Source: Nostoc sp. DedSLP01
GTDB lineage: Bacteria; Cyanobacteriota; Cyanobacteriia; Cyanobacteriales; Nostocaceae
DNA length: 64,000 nt
Assembly: GCA_034530875.2 (NCBI GenBank)
Contig: JAVRCJ020000014.1
Coordinates: forward strand, 96,001 to 160,000
Reading direction: 5' to 3'
Shown: piece by piece, positions 31,511-40,912 of the stretch
Layout of the letters: each line of letters opens with the position of its first letter
Position numbering within the stretch: the stretch's first letter is position 1
Made by a program: the position numbers and the translations under genes
Notes under the pieces: model-generated
The model's database searches: none
What the model was told of the DNA's origin: nothing
Seen by the model: the letters and a program-made list of their open reading frames with translations, nothing else

Positions 31511-32844
31511 TGTAAAAAATACTCCTTTGCTAAATTTTTGTAATATTCATGAGCAGATTGATCTCGATAAACCGCAGGAATACGCGAGAAAGCTGAACCA
31601 GCTATGTTAGCGTAGCTTGGAACCTCATGAATACGAAGATCTCTGTTGGCATTAGTATACTTGGGATAGAAGTAAGCCAGTAAATCAAATCCCTCTTTTT
31701 TAGCAGTTTTAAGAATGTTATTAATTTCTTTTTGAGCAACTTCCAGCTGGAATGGTGTAATCTTTTCTCCATTGAAAAAAATCGGTAATGGAATGGGGCT
31801 ACCATCAGCTTTTTGAGATTGAACTTCAGGAATGAATTTCTTCATTGCTATTGCTGCATTTTCTAAAGAGAAAAGATTGTTATGCTTTGTGGGAATGAGA
31901 ACGACATCAGCCGCATATACAGCTAGCTGGCTAAATACTCGCCAGTTAGGTGGCGCATCTATCAAAATATAGTCGTATTCTTGTCTTAAAAATTCTAACT
32001 TGTCATAAAGAGTATGAGATTTCAAGTTATTACGCAAAAGATTTTCAGGTGCATCTGTCAGTTCTAAATCGGCAGGAATAATATCAAATCTAAGTTCTGA
32101 ATTAACCTTCCTTAGAGGAAATTTATAAGGATGTATAGTATTTTGAAGTTCTATACCTCGTTCTCTAAGAGCCTCAAATACACTACCTTTACTTAATGGA
32201 AGACCTAAAGCACTTGTTAAATCTTGTTGGTTAGGATCGAAATCTATCGCTAAAACCTTTTTCCCTAAAAAAGTTAAAATAGCTGCTAAATTGACGGTAG
32301 TTGTAGTTTTACCTACTCCACCTTTGTTGTTATAAACTGCAATGGTTAAAGCTTTAGCGGGATTTTCAATTTTTTTCCGAATTGAAGCAACTACCTTATC
32401 AATATTACCTGCATCAAGTGTAAGACATTGTGTTGCGGGATAAATCACTTTTCCATGCTTACGAAACAGTTGAATATGGCAAGAATTAGTAATAATCCCC
32501 CACTGTACTGTTTTGCAATTAGGTGCAAGTAGATAATTTTTTAGTTGTTTAACTGTTTTTTGATACTGTGCAGCATCTTCAGATAAGTTAATATCTCTTC
32601 CCTTCAACTCCAGCAGAAGGTATGGATTTGATTTTGTATGTAAAAAGATATCATCTCCAATAGTTTTCCTCGCTGCTTTATCAACAGCTCCGTCGCCAGT
32701 GTTATATTGCGGATGAATTTCTTCATATTCAAACCCTAATACTTTCAACAAGTGAGGAGCAAAAAGGTCGTTTACAACAGCTTCGGGTGCATTTTCGGGC
32801 AGGCTTTGTACGGCTGCTCGAAGACTAATAATTGTCATGCTCAT
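31507..32844 (-). CDS. Fusion of an HsdR-N-like PD-(D/E)xK nuclease domain and a ParA/Soj ATPase
   Basis: N-half: E..V...F...LL..LGF, VD, LLELK, QLKNY, WGIITN; C-half: deviant Walker A KGGVGKTT, IDFDPNQ, YDYILIDAPP. Confidence 0.82.
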   Translation of the reverse strand: MSMTIISLRAAVQSLPENAPEAVVNDLFAPHLLKVLGFEYEEIHPQYNTGDGAVDKAARKTIGDDIFLHTKSNPYLLLELKGRDINLSEDAAQYQKTVKQLKNYLLAPNCKTVQWGIITNSCHIQLFRKHGKVIYPATQCLTLDAGNIDKVVASIRKKIENPAKALTIAVYNNKGGVGKTTTTVNLAAILTFLGKKVLAIDFDPNQQDLTSALGLPLSKGSVFEALRERGIELQNTIHPYKFPLRKVNSELRFDIIPADLELTDAPENLLRNNLKSHTLYDKLEFLRQEYDYILIDAPPNWRVFSQLAVYAADVVLIPTKHNNLFSLENAAIAMKKFIPEVQSQKADGSPIPLPIFFNGEKITPFQLEVAQKEINNILKTAKKEGFDLLAYFYPKYTNANRDLRIHEVPSYANIAGSAFSRIPAVYRDQSAHEYYKNLAKEYFLQ

Positions 32845-32987
32845 AGTGTAGGGTGACTTCCAGCAATATCTAAGTCTAGTGTTCCCACTTCAGGACAATT
32901 ATTTATTGTGTTTGTCTATTACACTACACAATGCTGATGTTGGGTTTCACTTCGTACCCCTACGGGGAAGCAAGCTACAACCCAACC

Positions 32988-33097
32988 TAATAAGGTTCGG
33001 ATAAGCATTTTGAACTAACAATTTGTTTGGGGAAAAGGTTAAAGGGTAAGGGTTAAAGGTTTTTTATTCCCCTTTCCCCTTTAGCCGAACCGTATTG
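32988..33097. mobile_element. Degenerate 110-bp MITE-like element
   Basis: Imperfect 18-bp inverted ends TAATAAGGTTCGGATAAG / TTTAGCCGAACCGTATTG enclosing a GGGAAAAGG-type repeat; no clear TSD. Confidence 0.5.
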
Positions 33098-33123
33098 CAA
33101 CAGCGTATTGCCCAATGCTCCAA

Positions 33124-34995
33124 TTAATTCAACGGTTCCATAATGACTCTTAAGCCTTTACTAGAAAGCGTTTTGAGCATTTCTTTAGCATTATATTCAC
33201 TGTCAAACACTCCTGCTTGCATGACTTTCTGACCTTCCCAGACTGTAGGAAAGGCACCAGGAGCAATCGATCGCACTAAATCTGGATCTTTATCTGTAAC
33301 TAATGTGACTACTACACGATAACGGATACCGTAATTTGTCCCGGAGTTTCCTCTGTAGGAGATAGTTGTAGTTCCAATTGGTACTTTTGGTAGGTTGCGA
33401 GTATCGTCAATGGTGACATTAGGCGGGACAGGAGGCTTTAGTGTTGCTAATGGCTGCTGTGTTTGATTAGGCGTGTTAGAAACTGCTGGCTGTGCTATGG
33501 AAGTGGATGGATACTGAGGTGCATTAAATTCAATCGTGTTGGGATCGATTTGCACGTAATTAAACTGCGGTGTTTTAGGAGGTTGTACTGCTGTGGAAGT
33601 TGCAACTGGAGTATTAGTTAATACTTGTCTGGCTGGTAAGCTGGTAGGAATAGGAAATCCAGCAACTTTAGGGGTAGGTGGATTTTGAGTGGAGGTAGGA
33701 GGGGAAAGCGGCACAGTTGCGGCTTGCAATGGCAAAAGTTGATTGTTTAATTTTGGCGGAACAGTATTAGCTGTTGAAATACTGTTACTAGTTTGGGTAT
33801 TGATATTTTCTGCAACTCCAGGAGCCGAGAATGTGATTTCGCCGGATGGTGGTATTTCTTGTACCACATTGTTGGGAACAGCGACGGGTTGAGAATTTTC
33901 GGCTGCTAGTGCTGTTGTACCTTTGAGGTCTACATTACCAGTGATGCGATCGCTTACCAAGTTATTACCAGCCGCAGAAATCACTTGCTTGGCAGCGCTG
34001 GCGTTAATGTCGTAGCGGCCGTTATTTTGAAATTGATTGCCCCCAGGTTCCGATGCATTGCCTAAATCTGGCATTGCTTGAGCGATCGCTACTAAACCAT
34101 CTTCTTTACTATTTTCAATAATATTATTCCGTAAAATCGGGCGAGCATTTGCTTGCACTAGAATTCCCGATCTATTATTCTGAATGCGATTGCTTATCAC
34201 CACAGGCGCGGCATTTTGGGCAATATTGATCCCAAAACCTGTTTCATGAAAGACATTTTCCTTCACTTCAGGGCGGGACTTACCGGCAATTGTGATGCCA
34301 TTAGCGCCATTGCGATCGAAGTAGTTTTTACTAATGGTGGGTGCGGCGTTACCGCTGACGGAAATGCCATCCTGCATGTTACCGCTAAAGGTATTTTCCA
34401 CAACTATCGGGTTGCTAGATTCAATCCACAAACCATAACCACGGCGGTTTGAGTTGGTTAATGTCACGCCAGTCAGCACTGCTTGGTTTGCTCCAACAAT
34501 TGTCACGTTTTGACCGCCAAAACTGCGACTTAAATAATCACCGCCTCCCTGAATTATGATATCTTTGCCGCGATCGCTAGGATTGCCTTGAATGGAAACA
34601 CCTGGTTTGAGGATTAAAGGAAATACTTCTCCCGTCTCGGCGCTATAAGTGCCTGGGGACAGCATAATTACCGTATTGGGATGAGCTAATCGCAAGGCTT
34701 GGGTAATAGTTTTGACAGGAGCCGATTCGCTACCATTACCTCTATTGTCATCTCCAGCATTTGGGTTAACAAACAGCACGTTCATCTGAGAGTTTGTTTT
34801 TTCACTCACAGGTGTGGAATTTGTTGTTGATGGTATCTGAGCGATCGCGCTACTCAGGCTAGTCACTGCCAAACTTATAGTAAAAGATAATACTGAAAAA
34901 CTCAAAAACAAAAGCCTTGTTGATGACATAAACTTCGGCTTTACCTGCAAAATATCTATACTACGGTACTTAGATAATACACAATAGGGAATCAT
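33124..34995 (-). CDS. Secreted DUF1565-type beta-helix protein with a Pro/Thr linker and a SPOR-like C-terminus
   Basis: Signal-like N-terminus (likely start near 34929), FVNP..G.D...G....P.KTIT.AL, GTYS..TGE.FP, right-handed beta-helix repeats, QAGVF....NA. Confidence 0.8.
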   Translation of the reverse strand: MIPYCVLSKYRSIDILQVKPKFMSSTRLLFLSFSVLSFTISLAVTSLSSAIAQIPSTTNSTPVSEKTNSQMNVLFVNPNAGDDNRGNGSESAPVKTITQALRLAHPNTVIMLSPGTYSAETGEVFPLILKPGVSIQGNPSDRGKDIIIQGGGDYLSRSFGGQNVTIVGANQAVLTGVTLTNSNRRGYGLWIESSNPIVVENTFSGNMQDGISVSGNAAPTISKNYFDRNGANGITIAGKSRPEVKENVFHETGFGINIAQNAAPVVISNRIQNNRSGILVQANARPILRNNIIENSKEDGLVAIAQAMPDLGNASEPGGNQFQNNGRYDINASAAKQVISAAGNNLVSDRITGNVDLKGTTALAAENSQPVAVPNNVVQEIPPSGEITFSAPGVAENINTQTSNSISTANTVPPKLNNQLLPLQAATVPLSPPTSTQNPPTPKVAGFPIPTSLPARQVLTNTPVATSTAVQPPKTPQFNYVQIDPNTIEFNAPQYPSTSIAQPAVSNTPNQTQQPLATLKPPVPPNVTIDDTRNLPKVPIGTTTISYRGNSGTNYGIRYRVVVTLVTDKDPDLVRSIAPGAFPTVWEGQKVMQAGVFDSEYNAKEMLKTLSSKGLRVIMEPLN

Positions 34996-35312
34996 ATTTA
35001 ACTAACTCCTGAGAAGTATCAATAAATTCTTATACTCTTAGACAGTAGTATGTCGATAATATTACCCACATATTGACCTATTGGCGAGTAATAAAAAAGG
35101 GATTGAGGGGCAGGGGGAGCAGGGGAGGCAGAGGGAGCAGAGGGGGCAGGGAGAGAGACAAGGTTAACTGAAGGGTATTGGCTTATGCTTAATACTTTTA
35201 TGTGGATGTTAAATTAATGTAATTTATGCATAAAAAAGCTGCATGAATGATGAGATATAATCAGAGTATCAGCCGAATGGCTTATGACTAAACCAATTCA
35301 CCAGACAAGGAT

Positions 35313-35522
35313 ATGGCTAACGAGAAAAAAAGAATAACAGTCAGTTTGACTCAGGAAGCGATCGATAAATTGAAGGAACTTGCCCAGCAAAGAGGAATAA
35401 CAGCTACAGCAGTTTTAAATCAAGCTATTGCCACTGAAGATTTTCTCGCCAAGGAATCTAAAGATGGAAAAGTTTTGATCCGGAAAAATGATGGCACAAT
35501 TAAAGAAGTTATTTTTAGATAA
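35313..35522 (+). CDS. Ribbon-helix-helix (CopG-like) DNA-binding protein
   Basis: KRITVSL...DKLKELA...GITATAVLNQAI RHH pattern; AAGGA RBS. Confidence 0.8.
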   Translation: MANEKKRITVSLTQEAIDKLKELAQQRGITATAVLNQAIATEDFLAKESKDGKVLIRKNDGTIKEVIFR

Positions 35523-35791
35523 CAATAGACATCGCTAAAACTTCTAATCCCCTCATTGTTCCCGTCTTTAAACCTGAATTTGCCCTACGTGAAAGCAGTT
35601 TCTTTGAATAGCTATGTAGGTTAAAAAATTGCATAGAGTTTCCCAAGAGAGGGGAGAATTGGCAAGCTCTCCTCTTAATTATATGTTTTCTAATTTTCTT
35701 TACATTATTTATTGTGCCAAACCTGACAAAATTATTGAATATAAGCTAAAAATTAAATTTCTAGCACATCGACTTATTTTAGAAAATTCAA

Positions 35792-36217
35792 ATGCCATCG
35801 GATAATTCTAATTCAAAACCCATTGATATTGAAGATATTGATAAAGAAACGGGTACAGCAAATAACGATAACCCCGACCCTAAAACCCCTCATCTAACTA
35901 ACTTTAATCCTGCTCGGATACAAGAATTGATTCGGAGCTTGATTAGTATAGTAATATTTCTTAATACTTCTTTAATTATACTTTTAGTAATGACTTTTAT
36001 CTTACATCCTATTATTTTTAATAAAGAGAAGGAGGGCAATGATTCTAATAAAAATATTATAAATTTAGGCGATAAAACATTTATTTATGTTGTTAAAGAC
36101 GAGGATGAAAATAAAGGTAGTAGAGAATTAATTAACTTACTTTGGACATCACAGATAACTTTAATTAGCGGTACTATCGCATTTTATTTTGCCAGTCAGA
36201 ACATTTCCAAAAATTAA
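35792..36217 (+). CDS. AT-rich hypothetical two-TM membrane protein
   Basis: Hydrophobic segments LISIVIFL...LLVMTFIL and LLWTSQITLISGTIAFYF. Confidence 0.65.
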   Translation: MPSDNSNSKPIDIEDIDKETGTANNDNPDPKTPHLTNFNPARIQELIRSLISIVIFLNTSLIILLVMTFILHPIIFNKEKEGNDSNKNIINLGDKTFIYVVKDEDENKGSRELINLLWTSQITLISGTIAFYFASQNISKN

Positions 36218-36627
36218 GTATAACTGGGCATAAAAACTGTGTGACATACCAATTGTTTGTAGGGGCATATAGCATAGCTAGCTGTGCGCTGCTGTTAGCG
36301 CAGTGGGGCGAACCTCTCAGGCGTTGGCAAAGCTATCCTTGCTTTGCTCGTGAATTGTGCTGTAACTAGTGGGATATTTTTTGATTTGCAAGCTTCTGAG
36401 GTATTGCTTGTGCTTGCTGTGAATTTCTTGTTGTAAGCACTTTTGTTGATTCTTTGTAGGCGATCGCTATCCTAAAATACTTGACTAACCTCAGTGCTAA
36501 ATTGTAGCCTCAAACTACCCCCATCGTTGTATATAGCAACATGGGATAATTTAAAATAAGCTTTATTCCTACGTTATTTTCCGTAGATTTAGTCAAAATC
36601 GAGTAAAAAAAGCTAATTAATTAACTT

Positions 36628-37755
36628 ATGGTTACTAGGACTTATGATAATTCACATTCCGATGAAAGCACTAACGGGGTTGTTGTAATGGTCGAGCCAT
36701 ACAGCCAAAAACAGCAAGTACAGCAAGTTATTTACCGCATTTTAGATGCCAATTTAGACCGCGCTCGTGAGGGTTTACGGATTATTGAAGAATGGTGTCG
36801 GTTTGGGTTGAACAATTCTCAGTTGGCTCTTGAATGTAAGCACTTGCGCCAAGAACTAGCTAAATGGCATACCCCAGAATTACGAGCAGCGCGAGATACA
36901 CAAGGCGATCCTGGCACTGAATTAACGCATCCTCAAGAGGAAGAACGAGCCAGTATAAAATCGGTGTTGCAAGCTAACTTTTGTCGGATAGAAGAAGCAT
37001 TGCGAGTGCTGGAAGAATACGGCAAACTCGATCGCACAAGTATGGCTAAAGCTTGTAAGCAGATGCGCTATCAAGTGTATACCCTAGAAAGTAACTTAAT
37101 GGGTCATCAACGCCATCAATTATTATGGCGATCGCGTTTGTATCTTGTTACTTCCCCTAGTGACAATCTATTGAACGTAGTGGAAGCTGCACTTAAAGGC
37201 GGATTAACCCTCGTACAGTACCGCGAGAAAAACGCCGATGATTCTGTGCGTCTGGAACAAGCTAGAAAACTGCGGCAATTATGCCACATTTACGGTGCCT
37301 TGTTTATTGTTAACGATCGCGTAGATTTAGCTTTGGCTGTAGATGCTGATGGCGTGCATCTAGGACAGCAGGATATGTCCATCAATGTTGCTCGGCAATT
37401 GCTCGGTTCTCAGCGTTTAATAGGTCTTTCTACCACAAATCAAGACGAAATGCAACGAGCGCTTGCTGAAGGTGTAGATTATATAGGCGTGGGGCCAGTT
37501 TATGAAACTCCCACAAAAGTGGGTAAAGCAGCAGCAGGCTTAGAATATGTCAGCTATGCTGCCAAAAATTGTTCGATTCCCTGGTTTGCGATTGGGGGAA
37601 TAGATGCAAATAATATTAATGATGTCATCGATGCAGGAGCTGAACGTGTAGCAGTAGTGCGATCGCTCATGCAAGCCGAACAGCCCACTTTAGTAACGCA
37701 ATATTTACTGTCCCAACTCAATCGCATTAAACCAGAATCTTTAAAAAGTTATTAG
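36628..37755 (+). CDS. thiE: Thiamine-phosphate synthase (cyanobacterial long form)
   Basis: RILDANLDRAREGLR N-terminal domain; QYREK, NDRVD, GVHLGQ.D, T.TK, AIGGI; true start may be near 36688. Confidence 0.95.
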   Translation: MVTRTYDNSHSDESTNGVVVMVEPYSQKQQVQQVIYRILDANLDRAREGLRIIEEWCRFGLNNSQLALECKHLRQELAKWHTPELRAARDTQGDPGTELTHPQEEERASIKSVLQANFCRIEEALRVLEEYGKLDRTSMAKACKQMRYQVYTLESNLMGHQRHQLLWRSRLYLVTSPSDNLLNVVEAALKGGLTLVQYREKNADDSVRLEQARKLRQLCHIYGALFIVNDRVDLALAVDADGVHLGQQDMSINVARQLLGSQRLIGLSTTNQDEMQRALAEGVDYIGVGPVYETPTKVGKAAAGLEYVSYAAKNCSIPWFAIGGIDANNINDVIDAGAERVAVVRSLMQAEQPTLVTQYLLSQLNRIKPESLKSY

Positions 37756-37850
37756 AGACGCGATTAACCCTTGTCTGTACAAGAGTCATTTGTTTCAAGT
37801 GAATAACCAATGACCAATGCCTCATGCCCAATTCCCAATTCCCCACATTT

Positions 37851-38063
37851 ATGTCTAACGAGATTAACGTTCAGATAAATGGTGAAACCCGTAGCTGTTT
37901 ATCTCAAACTCTTTTGCCCGATTTACTCCAACAGTTAGGTTTCAATCCTCGCTTGGTGGCGGTGGAGTATAACGGCGAAATTTTACACCGCCAATTTTGG
38001 ACAGAAACAAAAGTACAACCAGGCGATCGCTTAGAAGTGGTTACTATTGTTGGTGGTGGTTAA
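37851..38063 (+). CDS. thiS: Sulfur carrier protein ThiS
   Basis: INGE...VAVEYNG...GDRLEVVTIVGGG; start reassigned to ATG 37851. Confidence 0.95.
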   Translation: MSNEINVQINGETRSCLSQTLLPDLLQQLGFNPRLVAVEYNGEILHRQFWTETKVQPGDRLEVVTIVGGG

Positions 38064-38200
38064 TTAGTTTGAGCTATAGGATTCACATTTGATTGCGTGA
38101 AAAAAAACAGTACATCCAGACAAGGCTTCTGTCCTACTCCCTACTCCCCATTCCCTACTCCCTGTCTACACAAATAAATTCTCCAAATCAAACCCGATTC

Positions 38201-39100
38201 CTATAGTAAGCCCAGATCCTTGAGGCTGCGCCGTGTAATTTCGATGCGGGCGGGTGCATCCTCTGGTTTATATATATCAAGGGTTGTGGCAAAAAAGTAG
38301 ACGTTTTTGTTTTGCTCTAAATAACCCACAAACCAACCAATATTTGGTTTAGAACTTGTTAACCATCCTGTTTTTCCCCGCAAAGTGTATTCTGGAGTTT
38401 GTTCGCGGATTGCAATATCTTGAACAAGATTTATTGTGCGTTGAGAAAAAGGCAAATCTCCTCCATACAACTTTTGTAAAAATTGAATTTGCTCTTGTGG
38501 TGTAATTTTTAATGGCTGTCCTAACCAAAAGCGGTCTATGTCTGCGGCGGTGCCAATTTGACGGTTACCGTAACCTACTTTATTAATAAATTGTTGCATC
38601 TTTTCATGTCCGGCTCTACGCGCCAATACTTGATAAAACCAAACAGTTGAATCTTTAAAAGCTTGGCGCAAATTAGTATCGTGATTCCAAGCATCAATTT
38701 CTCGCTTAATTCCATCCCAAGTTAGCACCGCAACATCATCAGGAATGACGCCTGTTTCTAGCGCCACCAAAGAGTTAAAAATTTTGAATGTGGAAGCTGG
38801 AGGAATGGCAGTTGCATTACGTTGAGGATTGTGTTCGTAAGTGCGCTTGTTTTTGGAATCATAAATTACGATCGAGCCTTCACGCCCTAATTCTTGAAAA
38901 TGTCGTCCTAAATTTGGCGTTTTCACATTCAGCATTGCTGGAGGTTCGGATACAGTTGCACCAGGTTGAGCCAGAACATACATTCTGCCAAATCCCATCG
39001 CGCTTAATACAGCAAAACAGCCGATGACTGTGAAAATAAGAGATTGCTTTTGCTGAGTTCGTTGAAGAAATCGTGATATGGCAAACAAGATATTTTTCAT
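38201..39100 (-). CDS. Class D (OXA-like) beta-lactamase homologue
   Basis: PASTFKI (SxxK), STV (SxV), YGN, FWL, KTG and GWFVG motifs; signal peptide. Confidence 0.88.
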   Translation of the reverse strand: MKNILFAISRFLQRTQQKQSLIFTVIGCFAVLSAMGFGRMYVLAQPGATVSEPPAMLNVKTPNLGRHFQELGREGSIVIYDSKNKRTYEHNPQRNATAIPPASTFKIFNSLVALETGVIPDDVAVLTWDGIKREIDAWNHDTNLRQAFKDSTVWFYQVLARRAGHEKMQQFINKVGYGNRQIGTAADIDRFWLGQPLKITPQEQIQFLQKLYGGDLPFSQRTINLVQDIAIREQTPEYTLRGKTGWLTSSKPNIGWFVGYLEQNKNVYFFATTLDIYKPEDAPARIEITRRSLKDLGLL

Positions 39101-39225
39101 TGCAGATTCATCAAATCACAAGCGATATCCTACAACGCAATCTTGCTCAATTTCGGAAATATTTGTTGTATCTTTGAGAAAAATTTTGGCAAAATCTAAA
39201 TATTTGTATGGGCGTACACCTCTAC

Positions 39226-40452
39226 CTACAAATTCGTGTTTTTTGTTTCTGATTTATACAGCGAACGGTGGAGGGTTCTACGGTTAGCTAATTCTTTACC
39301 TTTACGTCCTAGCTGTTCCCGTAGCTGTTGGTCTTTGCACAAGCGATGAAAAGCTTGAAAAACCTTATAACCAGAATTGGGATTTACAAGTATGCCATTT
39401 TCCTCATGTTTAACTGTGTCTAAAACACTACCTAAACGAGGAGCAATTACAGGTTTACCGAAGTAACCTGCTTCTAAATAAACGACACCAAAACCTTCTA
39501 TATTTTCAGGTTTGGTATCTAACAAACTCAGCATGGCAAATATATCGCAGGCTGCATAATAACCTGCTAATTCGTTCTCTGGTACGCATCCAGCAAAGTG
39601 TACCCTTTTATCTACGCGCAAACGATGCGCCAGAGATTTGAGTTGAGATTCACTTGCCCCTTGGCCGCAAAGTATGTAGTGGACATCCACTCCAAAAGTT
39701 AACAGTAGAGGAATGTTATCAATTAAGCGATCGAAGCTTTTATGTTTTACTAGCCTTCCTACCGAGAGAATAACTATTGCTGTTTCGGGAATGTTGTAAC
39801 TTTGACGAACACGCGCGCGTAAATCATCAAAGTTATTTAACGCTGCATTACCGAATTTGTCTGGTCTGATGGCTGGGTTGATTACATGGGTGGGGGTATC
39901 CACCCGGAAAGCAGTTCTCAGATAGTTTTGTGTATAAGAACTGTTACAAACAATGCCTTCGGCTCTATGAAGTGTTAATTTGAATAGCGATCGCAATACC
40001 GGATTATGCAATGGACTCAAAAGATCGTTGCCATGCAGATAGATAAAAAAGCGAATTGGTAAAAAATAGCTCAATAGCAACAGTGAAGGGAAATCATAGC
40101 CGTGACCCCACTCAATATAGCGGTAGTGATAGCGAAAATAAAGTTTAATTGCTAGCACAAACGAGCAAACAATATTTACCAAAGGCTGAAGAAAACTTGC
40201 TAAATAACCACAAAACCAGTATTGAGGATAAAACCAGCGATATATAGGAAACTGTTGATTTTCATCAAATACTTTATCTCCCGGACAGCCAGCAGCCAGC
40301 ACAATTACTCGTTCTGGATCTTGGAGACAGCGATTATATAAATATTCTCCAATTACAGCTTTTTTCGGTAGGAAGATTCGAGATATAACCAGAATATCCG
40401 GATAGGCAGTTTCGTCTCTAATTTGGGCTGTGAGTTGAGAGATATTTTCCAT
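39226..40452 (-). CDS. Glycosyltransferase family 4
   Basis: LSVGRLVKHK, EGFGVVYLEA (EX7E), GKPVI. Confidence 0.9.
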   Translation of the reverse strand: MENISQLTAQIRDETAYPDILVISRIFLPKKAVIGEYLYNRCLQDPERVIVLAAGCPGDKVFDENQQFPIYRWFYPQYWFCGYLASFLQPLVNIVCSFVLAIKLYFRYHYRYIEWGHGYDFPSLLLLSYFLPIRFFIYLHGNDLLSPLHNPVLRSLFKLTLHRAEGIVCNSSYTQNYLRTAFRVDTPTHVINPAIRPDKFGNAALNNFDDLRARVRQSYNIPETAIVILSVGRLVKHKSFDRLIDNIPLLLTFGVDVHYILCGQGASESQLKSLAHRLRVDKRVHFAGCVPENELAGYYAACDIFAMLSLLDTKPENIEGFGVVYLEAGYFGKPVIAPRLGSVLDTVKHEENGILVNPNSGYKVFQAFHRLCKDQQLREQLGRKGKELANRRTLHRSLYKSETKNTNL

Positions 40453-40804
40453 AATCGTCTTGAAAACTATATTTTGAAATATTTTTTATTTACAATTAAC
40501 ATCAGTTTCAAATCACAATAATCCTTATTTATGTTGCCAAATCTGGAATATATAAATTCTAAGCTAATTTTATAACATTAGCCACTAAGATTAATTTTGA
40601 TTGCCAAATTTATCAATACATGATAATTTGTATTTGTGAGAAACAAGAAATCTGAAATAAAGACTTACAGCTAAATTTCTCCAGCATTAATTGTTGCGAA
40701 ACTTATCAAATTTAGCTATGTTTAACACAATAGCTAAAATAATCTTGACAGTTATGCCAAAATGCCAAAACCTCTCACTTATTGAAAATAAGTAATAAAG
40801 GATT

Positions 40805-40835
40805 AGGTCTAGCTTTAAAAGACAAAGCTAGACCT
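40805..40835. terminator. Hairpin downstream of the serine hydrolase gene
   Basis: AGGTCTAGCTTT-N7-AAAGCTAGACCT. Confidence 0.55.
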
Positions 40836-40912
40836 TGATATCAGAAATTACACAACTAGGGCGTCGATATATTACTTTACCAGCTCTGAGTCTTTATATT
40901 TTCAAGCTGCGT

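Noticed and set aside
30818..32844. Canonical parAB partition locus or plasmid origin
   Set aside because: ParA is fused to a nuclease-like domain, the partner lacks the GxxRxxA patch and HTH, no parS or rep gene was seen, and the context is core chromosome
36220..36690. TPP riboswitch upstream of thiE
   Set aside because: I could not find the GCUGAGA...ACCUGA...GCGUAGGGA pattern; the region contains repeat fragments instead
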